A DNA stretch of 62,978 bases, filler included, from Stramenopiles sp. TOSAG23-6 (GCA_900128565.1; 13 parts of 13 records of this genome joined end to end with filler, not necessarily neighbours in it); one strand, 5' to 3'. Positions 1 to 12,881 are shown, counted from the first letter of the whole stretch. Notes: a model not told the origin generated them from the letters alone. Numbers and translations are program-made.

Positions 1-1
1 T

Positions 2-1504
2 GAATATGTAGCAAATGAAGCTTCGGGAAAACACATTGTACGACGGCTAGAAAAAAATAAGAAGAATACAAATACATTGAAGAAGAAAGACAACAAGAGT
101 AAGGTTCGGGTAGAGCATAAAAATGGTAATGTGAAAACAAATCTTGATCACAGTTTCATATCTGGAGTTGAGGTTGAACGCAGTGACATCACTAACTGTA
201 TTCAGCATATAAATAGGGCAACTGATGATTGGAAATTTAAAATTGAGCAGATACAAAAGTTGACACATTTTGTGAAGCGAAGTGAAGAACATCCAGAATT
301 GTGGACAAAAAAAATATTAGTTCGTGTTATCAGTCCTTTACTAATTTCACAAGTACGCGATCTACGTTCAACTGTAGTACGCGCCACATGTGATTTGATA
401 AATGCAATTATGGAAATTCTAAAGGCAAAAGCACGATTTATACTTCGAGAACTGTTTCCAGTAATATTTGATATTGTAGGGAGTGGTAACTCTGTAATTG
501 CGGACTATGCGCGAAATTCGTGTGTTTCTGTAGTAAAGCATGTACATGCTACAATAACATTACTCTGCATTTCAAATATGGCAACATCATCTAAAAATTG
601 TTCAATTCGTCTTCAAGCGATAGAATTATTTCATATTGTAATTAATACATGGGAATATTCAAAGATCAATTCTCAGGCACAACTTTTACAAAATACATTA
701 CAGGTAGCACTTGATGACGTATCTGGTGAAGTTCGTAAAAAAGCAAGACGATATTTTGTAAAGTACAGCAATCTTTTCCCTCAAAGAGCTGATAATATAT
801 GTACGTTTTATATGAATTTCTAATTTAATTTTTTTTCATACGGAATTTCGTACCTAACGATTTTAATTTTTGAAATATGTTTTCATAATATATGCCGCAT
901 GGTCACAGGTCGCACTGCGAGATTACTAGATAAAATGAGTATAAAATCTTTACAATTAGGCTTAAAAGATGACAAATTTCCTCCAAACATTCCAAATAAT
1001 AATTTACTTGAGCCTCCTAAGCGTCTTTTAGCTTCAAAAAATAATGATCTTGAATGTAGTGAGAAGACTTCAAGTAAAGATAAAAATCTTTCAATAAAAG
1101 GTGAAACATTTACTGACAAAAATGGATATAAAAAGAATAATTCAATAAAAGGTGAAACATTTACTGACAAAAATGGATATAAAAAGAATAGTTCAAGTTC
1201 GATTAATTTTATCCGACGACTTGGAAAACAAATACAAATTGCACACAAATTACATATTGAAGATATGATTTGTTCACTAGGTAAAGAATTGAAACTTATG
1301 GAGGATTTTGAGGAAAAAATGAAGATGGAAGGAGAAAATTTCATTGACGGAGAAAAAAAAATACATGGCGATGTTGTTGCATATGCAATTGAAATGACAA
1401 AACGCTTAGAAACACGTCAAATGATGAATGAAATTTCCGGCAATGCGTTGAGGAAGCTAGCTTCGGAAACAATACGATTGGGAACAACTTCATCATCTTT
1501 ATAA
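2..1504 (+). CDS. CLASP/TOG (HEAT-repeat) domain protein, 5'-partial; exons 2-800, 894-1504
   Basis: DLRSTVVRATC, RLQAIELF and ALDDVSGEVRKKAR are CLASP_N-like motifs; frame open to the window start; intron 801-893 joins ADNI-C-RMVTG in frame. Confidence 0.7.
801..893 (+). mobile_element. Repeat-family intron, GT...AT
   Basis: GTACGTTTT start, TTTCGTACCTAAC core, TTTCATAATATAT end; AATATATG present at both junctions; removal restores frame. Confidence 0.8.
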
Positions 1505-1626
1505 TGGAAACTTTATAAAATGGCTTTAACCACAAGTACAAGGTTTCAATTTTTGAAATGAAAAATAAAATTTAAATATTTTTTTTGATACGAAATTCCG
1601 TACCTAACATTTTTTTTGTCTACTTT

Positions 1627-2375
1627 TTATTTATGTTTCCGTCGAGAATAACCATTCAGTGGAGCTTTATCTATATAGTTGAGTCGCAGAGCTTCAGATA
1701 GGTGCGAAGAAAATAGGCCTTTTTGTCTAGCATGTACTGTGAAGAAATTATAGAAAACAGAAAATTCGTTAAGTACGCAATTTCCTATGAAAAAAAAAGA
1801 TTTGAAATGAAAGATGAAAAGTGAAATTTTTTTTTTTTAATTTGTTAGGTACGGAATTTCGTACTAAAAAAAAACTAAATTCGAAAAATTGAAAAAAATA
1901 AACGTACATGTATTTTCAGTAATTTCTTTTCTTCCTCCGAAACTAAATGTCCAGAATACGCCAAGTCTTCTTGCATTGCCGTTTTGTGTGGATCTGATCC
2001 TCGAAGAATGAAGAGCGAATTTGCCATATTTGTGGAGGACATTCCATGCGGTACTCCTGACACTGTTTTACGTGTTTGCTGAGCGAGGTTTTTTCGTTTA
2101 TTGTATATGTCACGAGATCTATGTTTTATATAATATTTCCCCCTTTTTTTTTTATTCTTTTTTGTCATTGATAACTTTGCTTTTATTTCTTCCAGTTCTG
2201 CAGTTAGTTGGTTGCGTCTAATGTTTAACTCATCCACATCAACAACTTTTTGTCTTGTATCCTCCACATCAAAAATCTTCTGGTTGTCCGCCATGGGCGG
2301 CTCACCTGGACTATCTGATTTATGTTCTATTTCATGGGGATATGCTCCATGTACACGCTGTGGGTGTAAAAACAT
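1627..2375 (-). CDS. Hypothetical protein; exons 2375-1908, 1731-1627
   Basis: ORF ends in intron-family sequence; removing 1907-1732 (GT...AT) gives LKIH-ARQKGL...HK*. Confidence 0.55.
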
Positions 2376-2795
2376 AATACCTTTGAGAGTGTACTGTTGG
2401 GTTGGTCTAAGTTAAAATCAAAATCTTTGGATGATCACAGATCAGATCTTCAAACAAAATGTAAGACAATTCGGATTCTCTCAAACCTCTCAAACGTTTG
2501 ACTACTGGATTTTTATGACCGTTTCATCCTTTTCAGTTNCTTTTTTTTTTNCTTTTTTTTTTTCAGACTGAGTCTCCGACGACCTCACATACAATTATCA
2601 ATCTTAAGTCTTGACTTGTGTGTTTTGCATCAACGAAAGAGACGACACATTCTTAAACTAAAAGAATATTCACAAGTCTATTAGGACCTATACATATATA
2701 TATACAGAATCTGGAACTTTGAACGGTTCTACCACTTATTAAAGTGTTATAGAATAAAGTTAACTTCAGAACCCTAACCCTAAACATATAGTAGA

Positions 2796-3038
2796 ATGTC
2801 TAGCGACTCTAGTCAGAAAAGTATCTTAAATGCTGAAAGTCTTGAGGCCCTGAACAAGCAAGTTGAAGAAATGCAAACATCAGATAAAGAGTGGATACAC
2901 TACCACCCTGACTTGGAAAAAGTTATATCTTTATTTGTCAAAAACGTCCTGAGAGAGCAGCCGGAAAACATCAAAGATTTTGCAGTCGAATTTTTCACGA
3001 GTGAGAATCTAAAGAGCATGGTCAAGAATTCTCCTTAA
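2796..3038 (+). CDS. RIIa/DPY-30 docking domain protein (RIIAD1-like)
   Basis: HPDLEKVISLFVKNVLREQPENIKDFAVEFF matches the RIIa D/D pattern. Confidence 0.7.
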   Translation: MSSDSSQKSILNAESLEALNKQVEEMQTSDKEWIHYHPDLEKVISLFVKNVLREQPENIKDFAVEFFTSENLKSMVKNSP

Positions 3039-3183
3039 ATATTTTTGAAATAAATTCTTTTAGATACCTATGGATTCTTTTATATACCTTGTTACATTTT
3101 TATTACTTTCTCATTAAGAATTCTCATACTATTTCTACGGATTTCTACGAGACACCCCAGGGTTATACTATTTCTACGAGACA

Positions 3184-3226
3184 CCCTAAACCCTAACCCT
3201 AACCCCTAACCCTAGTACCCTAACCC
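3184..3226. repeat. Interstitial telomere-type (CCCTAA)n tract
   Basis: ccctaaaccctaaccctaaccctaaccctag...ccctaaccc. Confidence 0.85.
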
Positions 3227-3499
3227 AAACAATACAAAAATTGGGAAAAATAAAAAAACAATACAAAAATTGGGAAAAATAAAAAAAAATTGATATAAAT
3301 ATGGAAGTAATGAACTAATGAATACAAATGAAAAATTTTTAATCTACACTTGAGAAAATACAAAATTACTAGTAGTATAAAAAACAGTGGGTATAGAGAA
3401 CATTTCAAGGTTTTTTTTTTTATTGTTACGTGTCTTTATCTGTACACTGTGAGATTCCGTACCATTTTTTTGTATTTAAACGTGAAACACTACTTCTTA

Positions 3500-3877
3500 T
3501 CAACTCCAGGCTGACATTGTTTCGTGTTTATAGCCCTTCCCAATGGTGTTCGATGTCTCGGCGATTTTTTGCCCTGTAGGTTCTGTTTCCAAAACGTCAG
3601 GGGGTCCTGAGCCTCCTGTCGAAGTTGTTCTTTTTTTCCATTTCGGAGCGTCAGATTCCACCGAGTCAAAATTGTGATTTGATTTTCTCATTATCATTAT
3701 GATTACTACATTCCACAATGTTGAGAATACTAAAGTTGAAAATATAATTGCTAAAGAAGTTATTACTGGGCAATACTGTGTCCCGCACGATCCACTTTCG
3801 AAGTCACTCTTTTTTATGGCCATTTGTATCAACTCTCGAAGTCTAATTTCTTTCTCTTCGTTTGAGCACGTCGACAT
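3500..3877 (-). CDS. Small single-pass membrane protein, unknown
   Basis: 125 aa ORF with one hydrophobic segment. Confidence 0.45.
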   Translation of the reverse strand: MSTCSNEEKEIRLRELIQMAIKKSDFESGSCGTQYCPVITSLAIIFSTLVFSTLWNVVIIMIMRKSNHNFDSVESDAPKWKKRTTSTGGSGPPDVLETEPTGQKIAETSNTIGKGYKHETMSAWS

Positions 3878-4295
3878 ACTGTTGCGTAAGTTTACTCAAA
3901 ATATGTCCAACTGTCTCTATGGTGTTCGACAGATATTAATGCACTGTATATAAGATGAAGGATAGAAATGGGAATCTCTTTTTTTATCAATAAAATAGAG
4001 GTAGTACCGTATACACACAACTTTTAAAGAAAACTTTCGGTTGCGGTTGCTCCTCTATTTTTAAACCCTAACCCTAGCTAGTAGCTTTTACGTCAATAAA
4101 CTAGTAGTCTGATATATTTTGATGACGCGCACAGAAAACGTTCATTTTTCGATTTGTCAATCGACACAAACTCCACGGGAGATCGATCCATCGAATGGGA
4201 ATAATTGCATTCATAAACATTTGATCATTTTCTAGATTTATAGTTGATTTCACCTTGCGTATTTTCAAAGTCATTGCATAAAGCATACTTTGATC

Positions 4296-5955
4296 ATGGC
4301 AGTCAATTCATCGCCAGCCAGTTCTATAAAACTTCGGAACGACGTATTACTTTTGATCAAATATCAGTCGAAGCGCTTCCATGAGCAGCTTACAAAGCTT
4401 GGAAAATTAACTACAGATAATAATAAGATTCAACGTTCGTTGAGCGGTGCGACATTTGACAATAGTGTTTTGAATGTTTTTTCTACAACGTCGTCGTCTT
4501 CTCTATTAAGTAAAAGCAAAACTCAGAAGAAGAGAGTCACTGCCGAATCGAAAAAGTCGACCGTAAATGTGAAAAAAACTAACTCTAATAATAGTAATAA
4601 GGGTCCAATGAAACGCAAAGAGGAACTTACATGTTTGTTACAGAGACAGGGCAAGAAACCTTTTGTAAATTTAAAAAAAATGGGTCAGTTTATTCAATTC
4701 ATAGATGAACCAGATAGAGTCGCAAACAATTTTATGGAAGCAGCTCTCGTCGCACTTTTTCATTCACCACAACCACAACTTGAAGATTTTTGTGGACGCT
4801 TAGGTATGAAGCGTTTAGCCGCTATATTAACATTTTATGGTACGTGTGAAGAAGAAAGATTCAACGAAAAAATTCCATCAAATGTTTTGAAAATCATCGA
4901 CAAAATTATGTCCTCTGAGATTGATCTTCATAAAATCAAAAAGTACGGAAGTGCTGCAAAAGTAATTGGCACATATTATACAACTGATGTGAATCAAAGT
5001 CGTGTGAGTACTTCTTTGAGAAAGCAAGCAGATAGAATTCTTAAGAAGCTTATAGACATTAAAACTTTAGATAAGGAGAAAAAAGCAGAAGCGAAAGCTA
5101 AAGAATTAAGAAAAATTGAGGAAAGAAAGAAAAAAAAAGAGAGGAAAAGAAAAATAAAGGAAGCAGAGAGAGAAGAAAATGAAAAGATCAAGAAACGTAA
5201 AGTAGATAAATCTCTATTAACACAAAATCAGAAAATGGATACACTGCCAGGGTTAGGGTTAGGAGGTAGTGAATCTCTCAATGCGATGAACGTTCAGGAC
5301 ATGGATCTTTCTGTTGAAACGAAATCGTCAAATAGTAAATCTGCGAGTAACAGTCAATCGTCTACACCAATGGCTTTGCAATCTATTGACAGAAATACAA
5401 ACAATACTCAAAATACTCAAAATACTCAAAATAATAAAAGATCTGTTCGATGGGCCGATGAGCATGGGGGAGAATTGGAAGCAGTAAAAACATTTGAAAA
5501 AGAAAACAAAGACGATGCACCGGGTACTCCGGTTCCTGAAATGGAATCTAAGCGTGATTGGAATGGAAAAAAAGTTATTTCTTTGAGTAAAAAAGAACAG
5601 GGGCTTCGAATGAGACGACAAGAAAATATCTTTAATAATCAGTTAATACGTTGGAGAGAGCCTCCGAAAATCATACCTTGTCAATTTGAATATACAGATA
5701 CCAATCAAGAGCAAGACACTCCGTATGATGAATTCGGTTCGAATAGTACAGAACGAATAAAATTATCAAACTCAGAGGATTTGCATACTCCTGAGGTTGG
5801 AGCGAGAATACCAGACAATCCATCAAATCATATAGTAATAGAGAGTGCACTGTCAGGTCCAAATAAGTATGAGTGCAAAGAAACAAAGTTTAGCAAATAC
5901 GTAACAGAACCACAACAGAATCAATATCAACCACCACAACAAAATCGTTATCAGC

Positions 5956-5987
<32 letters not shown>

Positions 5988-6128
5988 ACTGGTTATCAAT
6001 CACAGCAAAGTTATTACCGACCACAACAACAAAATTATTATCAGCAACAACAACAACCAAGGTATGATCAAGGATACAGTAATCAGCAACAGTATTCATA
6101 TAATAATCAAAATAATAGACAGTATTAA
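4296..6128 (+). CDS. PNUTS/PPP1R10-like PP1 regulatory subunit
   Basis: TFIIS-N-like region, K/E-rich coil, PP1-docking motif KRSVRWAD, Q/Y-rich tail; no intron. Confidence 0.55.
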
Positions 6129-6436
6129 TAACAAAACAAGTTTCGTTGAATTGAATAAATGAATTAAGTTCTATAGAAAGATGATGAAAAAATATTTCAA
6201 AAAAAAACGTTAGGTACAACATTTCGTACGAAAAAATAAATTCGAATTTGAAATGAAAACGTGATGCTCATATTTTTTGTTCGCTACAAAATTTTCATAA
6301 TAAAAGAAATGCTACACAAAAATACACGAGTTTCATTGATATAAAGAGTGAAACAATTTCCATAATTCACTTATAAAAAACAAAATTTTAATTACATTTC
6401 ATTTATAATGTTATATGTTAACTAAGATCAAATCCT

Positions 6437-6536
6437 NNNNNNNNNNNNNNNNNNNNNNNNNNNNNNNNNNNNNNNNNNNNTTAATTAATTAANNNNNNNN
6501 NNNNNNNNNNNNNNNNNNNNNNNNNNNNNNNNNNNN
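6437..6536. other. Artificial contig linker (N-TTAATTAATTAA-N); also near 12973, 19508, 26032, 32554, 39066, 45571, 52061, 58536, 59647, 60758, 61869
   Basis: Identical six-frame-stop linker flanked by N runs, 12 copies. Confidence 0.98.
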
Positions 6537-6583
6537 AAAAAAAAAAAAAAAAAAATAGGGAAAAAATTTCCTATGAAAAAAAT

Positions 6584-6629
<46 letters not shown>

Positions 6630-6631
6630 AC

Positions 6632-8992
6632 AATTTTATGAAATTGGTGAAATAATGAAAATGTACAAATGTGCTTAAAAATGAATCACATAAATCTAAT
6701 GTTGTAGAGGATGATGAACACAATGATGTTAATAATTCAATGATTGTGCCAACAGTGCTACTTGGCCATTTATATGACAAGTCAATTGGATTATGAATGT
6801 GTTCCTATATTTGTAGAAAATATTTCAAAATTTAAAAAAATATTTTGTTAGGTACAAAATTTACTACGAAAAAAAAAATGAAAAAAAAATGAAAAAAAAA
6901 TTCCAAAATTTTTTTTAAACAAAAGATAAAAAAAGATAAAAAAAATATTCTTATTACAACACGTACCAACATTTTTGGTGTCATATGCCGGGGACACAAA
7001 ACTGTTTTCATAATTGAATATAAAATGTTTTGAACTCTTTCATCACTTTTTTCAATTTTTTCACTTTTTTCAATTTTTTCAATTTTTTCAATTTTTTCTT
7101 GATGTTGTCGACAAAATCGAACATGAATTATTTTTTCACGCCCATTACCGGGTATCAGCTGGTCAGGCACATTTTCTATAGTAAAACCTAGTAAAGATGC
7201 AATTTCTCTACTTATAGTAGGGTCATACGGTAATGTTTCAATAAGCATGTATTTTGGAAAAATATTTCAAAAAAAATCTAAAAAATTTCGTTAGGTACAA
7301 AATTTCGTACGAAAAAAAAAATTCGATTTTTTTGTAAAAAAAATAAAAAAATAAAAAAATAAAACATACATACTATCAAGACAATCAGCAACAGATAAAA
7401 TTTGTTCGGTAAAAATAAAAGGTTGAAATTGTTTTTTTTTTTTTTTTGAAATTTTTTTTTCTTCTTCTTTTGAAATTTTCGTTTTTTTTGGACTTTCTTG
7501 ATTAGGATTAGGGTTAGGGTTTTTTAATGCAGGTATGCATTTCATTACTAAATTCCACATCCCTACATAATCAATGACATTACTTGTATCAATAGCATGA
7601 TATCCATTACTTCCAGGTTGTTTTAAAGGAATTTCCATACAATGGTAAAAAAATATTTGAAAAAAAAATTCAGAATTTTTGTTAGGTACGAAATTTTTTT
7701 ACGAGATTTTTTTTACGAAAAAAAAAAAAAAAAAAAAAATGTAGGATAAAAAAATACATGCAATTACCAAATGTAAAAAAACAGCGTATTGTATTGTTTT
7801 TGACAGATTTTTGTAGACGAATAAATAATGGTGTCCAAACATTTTGAAGCGTTTTCGCAAATGAAGGTGAACCCACCATATTATCGATTGCATTGCTTGT
7901 ATTGGTTGTAGTAGAGTTAGGGTTAGGGTTAGGGTTAGGGTCGTCGAAAATTTCGTCACTAGTTAGTGATGCAAAAGCGCCAACAGGCCCTTGACATTCT
8001 AAATATATGGCATGCTGTTTGATCCCATCGATATCATCATTCGATATTTCAAAATTTTCAAAATTACATGTAGAAAGTATTGTGAAAAAATATTTCAAAA
8101 TTTACTATAAAAAAAAAATTTGTTAGGTATGAAATTTTTTTACGAAATTTTTTTACGAAAAAAAAAAATTTAAATTTGAAATTTAAATTTGAAATTCATA
8201 TAAAACGTACAACATCAAATAGAGTTGGGTTTATATACGTCACTGTAGTGTTTGTGAGGGAAGAGTCAACGGAGGAAACCCCATGTTTAAGCCAATCTAC
8301 AAGAAGATGTGATAAACGTCCATGACCTGCACTTTGGTCTGAGAGTCTTTTTGCACGTACATAAATTATGAAAAAATATTTCGAAAAAAAAAATCTAAAA
8401 AAAATTGTTAGGTACAAAATTTCGTACGAAAAAAAAAATCAAAAAAAAAAAATTCAAAATTGAAATGAAAACGAACTTGTAATAATTTTTTTGTGTTTGT
8501 TTGTACAGATTTCAAAGATAAAATCGTACGCCATGCAATCCAATGTTGTTTCATAGCACTTAATGTCTTTTTATCTGTTCGAATCCATGAAGGGATTTGT
8601 TCAATTAATTGACACAAGGTTTTAAAAAGTTGAGAAAAAGTTTCTTCATTGAGCAAGACATCACTCCAAATAGCTGTTGCATATTGTATACTCAACTCTC
8701 CTTCAGATGCCAAGGTGATCAGTACCACATTTCGTGCAAGGGCAATCGAATTTAAGTCATTGAAATGTAGTTCAACTCGTGCTTCTGATGGAATATTTAT
8801 CAAAGTGGTGAGAGGGTTTCGTATATCACCAACTCCAATCCAAAGCAATTTGATGGGTGTTGCGTTACATAAACTTTGTACTTCTTCTTTTGTTAGCAAG
8901 CTGCGAGCAAATGTATTTCCAATAAGAAAGCCACTCATCACACTATCGACAAGCTTACGTCGTGCAAGACTAAATGGTTTAGAGTACACCAT
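6632..8992 (-). CDS. DUF4470-like domain protein, 3'-partial; introns 8476-8361, 8210-8075, 7757-7637, 7369-7247, 6966-6805, next starts 6631
   Basis: LLWIGVGDIRN, HFNDLN..ARN and DTSNVIDYVG motifs; five family introns fuse the ORF fragments in frame. Confidence 0.65.
8075..8210 (-). mobile_element. Repeat-family intron, GT...TT with TT duplicated at the 5' flank
   Basis: GAT GTT|GTACGTTTT...CACAATACTT|TCT ACA; in frame. Confidence 0.7.
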
Positions 8993-9261
8993 CACTCGAA
9001 ATAGCGTACTGTGGCAAGTACTCTAAAAGTAGTACTTAGTAGTAGTACTTTAAAAGTAGTAGTAAACGTCGTAGTAAACGCCAAGAAGACTTCAGAAGTT
9101 CAGAACTTTTTGGAGAACACCACGATAGTACCTGGTAACCTTGAATCTTAACTTCGCTGACTCTAAATTTTAGACACGTGTTCGTTGTGTTGTTGTTCTT
9201 TGCACGACTTGTTGTTGTTCGTCTTGTGATTGATTTTTCATACTAATCAAAACAATACAAT

Positions 9262-9982
9262 ATGGTACGTGACACTTCAACACATGTGGGAGGTTGTCAT
9301 CCATGATATTTGGATGACAACCTCCCACGTAGTTATATTTCGCTTTTATTTACTATCCCTATCCCACTTCGCCTTTCGTTAGTGTTACACGAACCCTAGT
9401 GTTACACTAACGTCATGGTTGAGACCGTTGTGCGATTGAACTTCCTTCGGGAAGCTTTCCTCATCGAGTATATGTGGCTAAATCATTTATTCACCATCAC
9501 AAACCCTTTATATATACCCAAATATACATGCTTTAATTGTAAAGGAAGGCGAGTTTCAGCACATTCTCCGTGTTATGAACACTAATCTTAACGGTAAGGA
9601 GAAAATCATGTATGCTCTGACAGCTATCAAAGGCATTGGTCGTCGTTTTTCCAACTTAATTCTTAAAAAAGCTGAGATTGACCTCAACAAACGTGCTGGT
9701 ATGATGTCTCAAGAAGAGATCGAAAAAATCGTAGCTATTATTGAAGATCCTCTTCGTTTTAAGATCCCAAAATGGTTCTTGAACAAACAGAAGGATCCTG
9801 TTACTGGTAAATGGACTCAACTACATGCTCAAGGTGTTGCTGGTGGTCTTCGTGAAGACATTGAACGTCTCAAGAAGATCCGCTCTCACCGTGGTCTCCG
9901 TCATTACTGGGGACTTACTGTTCGTGGTCAACATACAAAGACAACTGGGCGTAAGGGCAAATCTGTAGGAAAGAAAAACTAA
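9262..9982 (+). CDS. RPS18: 40S ribosomal protein S18 (uS13); exons 9262-9264, 9530-9982
   Basis: [12 protein letters not shown]...[25 protein letters not shown] exon plus intron 9265-9529 gives [15 protein letters not shown]. Confidence 0.95.
9284..9330. repeat. Perfect 18-bp inverted repeat (hairpin) in RPS18 intron
   Basis: GTGGGAGGTTGTCATCCA (9286-9303) / TGGATGACAACCTCCCAC (9311-9328), 7-nt loop. Confidence 0.9.
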
Positions 9983-10265
9983 AGTAGCCTAACCCTAACC
10001 CTAACCCTAATGTCGAAATTAGTGAATTTGAAACATGTCAGGACTCGATTTTTTAATATTTTTGAGTTAATTATATAGCGTGAATTCAGTTCTATATCTT
10101 AGTTTGTTGATTGTCATAATCAAGTTAGAATTCTTAGAATTGTATTTAAAATATTGAATAAAAACCAGTATGAAAAAATATTTTGTAACCTTAACCCTAA
10201 GTACTATCGAATTGAAAAAAAAACACTTAAAATTGAATATACAATTTTATCTACTTAATTTTTTT

Positions 10266-12881
10266 TTACTCTTCAAAAGTTGTACATTGACTAAATTGAC
10301 TGATAAAAGAAATATGACTTAAATCACTCAAATGATCATTATGCAGTTGCTCATTTCTATCAATAAAACATGAAGTAATAAAATCTCTAATAATTTTGAT
10401 ACTCTTTAAAAGTTCAAATAATTCAGTGATTTCATTAGGGTTAGGGTTATTAGGGTTAGGGCTATTATTTCCATTATTTTCAATGCATTTTGAAGAATTC
10501 GTATTTAATTTCGTACCAATTTGTTGAAGAATTTCACCCCATAATTGTAGAACATACGAAATCTCAACTGAATGATCAAAAATTTCATCATTTGTTGTTG
10601 TACACGAATTATTTTGTGTTTTTTGTGTTTTTTTTGTTTTTTTTGTTTTTTGTGTATTTCGTGTTTTTTGTGTCTTTTGTTGTTTTTTGAATTGATTCAA
10701 TGCAGAGTTTGATGTTTTTTTAGAATCATTGGAATTATACTTCTTTTTATTAGGAGTTTTTATACGAATAGGAAGAGATTTTATATCCAAATTATTCTTT
10801 TGAAATATTGTACCATTAGGGTTAGGGTTAGGGTGTAATGAGTGATTTTCATTTTTTTCTAATGTTTGCCATTCCTTCTTAAAAACATCAGGATCTTGTT
10901 TTTGAAGTGAAATAATATCATCCTCAACTTGTCTATATTCTTTAATCAATCCATTGGATATTGAATTCCAATGAGATTGCATTTGACTCATTTGAAGTGA
11001 ACGATGACGAAATAATCTACTTTCATGTATTTGGGAAAAATATTTCAAAAAAAATTTTGAAAATTTGTTAGGTACAAAATTACGTACGAAAAAAAAATTC
11101 GATTTTTTTGTTAAAAAAAAAAATAAAACATACAGCAAGAATTTGTGAAATGATAATATTTCGTGCAACTTGCAAAGAATATTGACTTGACTCAGTTCCA
11201 TCTTTACTTTTCATACTAGTGTTTTGATATGATATTGAATTGTTAGGGTTGGGGTTAGGGCTATAATTTTTTTTTTTTCCATCATTTTTTGTATCATTTT
11301 TTAAATCATTTTTTGTATTATTTTTTGTATCATTTTTCAAATCATTTTTTAAATCATTTTTTAAATCTTTTGTTAATTCAGAAAATGAAAACTTGACATG
11401 AGGGAAACGACCTATATTTTGGAAAAATATTTCAAAAAAAAATCTAAAAAAAATTGTTAGGTACAAAATTNNNNNNNNNNNNNNNNNNNNNNNNNNNNNN
11501 NNNNNNNNNNNNNNNNNNNNNNNNNNNNNNNNNNNNNNNNNNNNNNNNNNNNNNNNNNNNNNNNNNNNNNNNNNNNNNNNNNNNNNNNNNNNNNNNNNNN
11601 NNNNNNNNNNNNNNNNNNNNNNNNNNNNNNNNNNNNNNNNNNNNNNNNATTTTGGAAAAATATTTCAAAAAAAAATCTAAAAAAAATTGTTAGGTACAAA
11701 ATTTACTATAAAAACCAAAAACCAAAAACCAAAAAAAAAAAAATCGAATTTGAAAAAAAATTGAAAAAAAATAAAACAAACTTGTGAATTTTTTTTCCAA
11801 GACTATAGAGGACAAATAAGAAAAAAGCATATACATTTTTTTTTCAATATCTATTTTTTGTTTTAATCCATTTTTCAAGAATACCAAATGCTTTGGGAGT
11901 ATACCATCAGCTACTAATGTTTTTAAAGATTTTTGAGCGACGCGGTTGAAACTGCTAATTTGGAATTTATCTGTACATGTATTGTGAAAAATATTTTTTT
12001 TTTAATAAAATTTGTTAGGTACGAAATTTCGTACGAAAAAAAAAATAAATTCGAAATTGAAAAAAAATTGAAAATAAACGTACATGATCTTTCATCAATA
12101 TTATTCTCCTCCAAAATATTATCCATCCAATGTGCAAGTTTAGTTAATTTTGCCTCTTTTAATTTTTGACTTTGGTCTCGTTTTTTCATTTCTAATTTTT
12201 TTCGGATTCTGGGGAGTGAGACTTTCCTATATACAATGAGAAATTTTTCTGTCAGACTGTTTTCATTTTCTAGAGATATTTCGTGTTGTTGTTCGAATAC
12301 TTCATTTTGTTTTTGATGACTATTTTGTGTACTACGTCTGGTGTTCAATTCTGATTTAACCAGACTATACGGTTTGAAAATTTTTCGAATTTTTTTTTGG
12401 TATTTTTTTTTGTTAGGTACAAAATTTCGTATGAAAAAAAAAATTTCAAAAAATTTCAAAAAATTTCAAAAAAAAAAAAACGTACATTTCAATTGTATCA
12501 TAAAATTCATTCCAACGACAAAACCCTTCATTAAATGAATCACAAATTTTGACTAATTCTTTTTTTTGTGAATTTGGTAATTGAATATTAATCATTCTAC
12601 AAATTTTATCAATGGCAACACGAAATACTTTATTTGTCATACACTTTTTTGGAATTGATTTTGCTAAATCCATGTATTTTGGAAAAATATTTCAAAAATT
12701 TTCTAAAAAAAAAAATTTGTTAGGTACAAAATTTCGTACGAAAAAAAAAATTCATACAAAAAACCTCGGCCTAAAACTTTGACTACTTCAATATCATCAA
12801 TTGTCATTTTTGCAAAGGCATTGCGTTGATGTGTTGCATTCGCTTCATTATATGCGCACCATTTATCCCAAAAATGTACCA
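10266..12881 (-). CDS. Multi-exon hypothetical protein, 5'-partial, EF-hand-like segment; introns 12757-12672, 12485-12365, 12083-11977, 11133-11025 and others around the N gap
   Basis: ORF fragments fuse in frame after removing family introns; DSFNEGFCRWNEF resembles a degenerate EF loop. Confidence 0.55.

Noticed and set aside
6382-6436. 55-nt exact repeat of 19608-19662
   Set aside because: Both lie at contig ends; assembly k-mer overlap, useful only to join the contigs
6437-6536. Regularly spaced TTAATTAATTAA palindromes every ~6.5 kb
   Set aside because: Artificial linkers between size-sorted contigs; gene adjacency across them is meaningless
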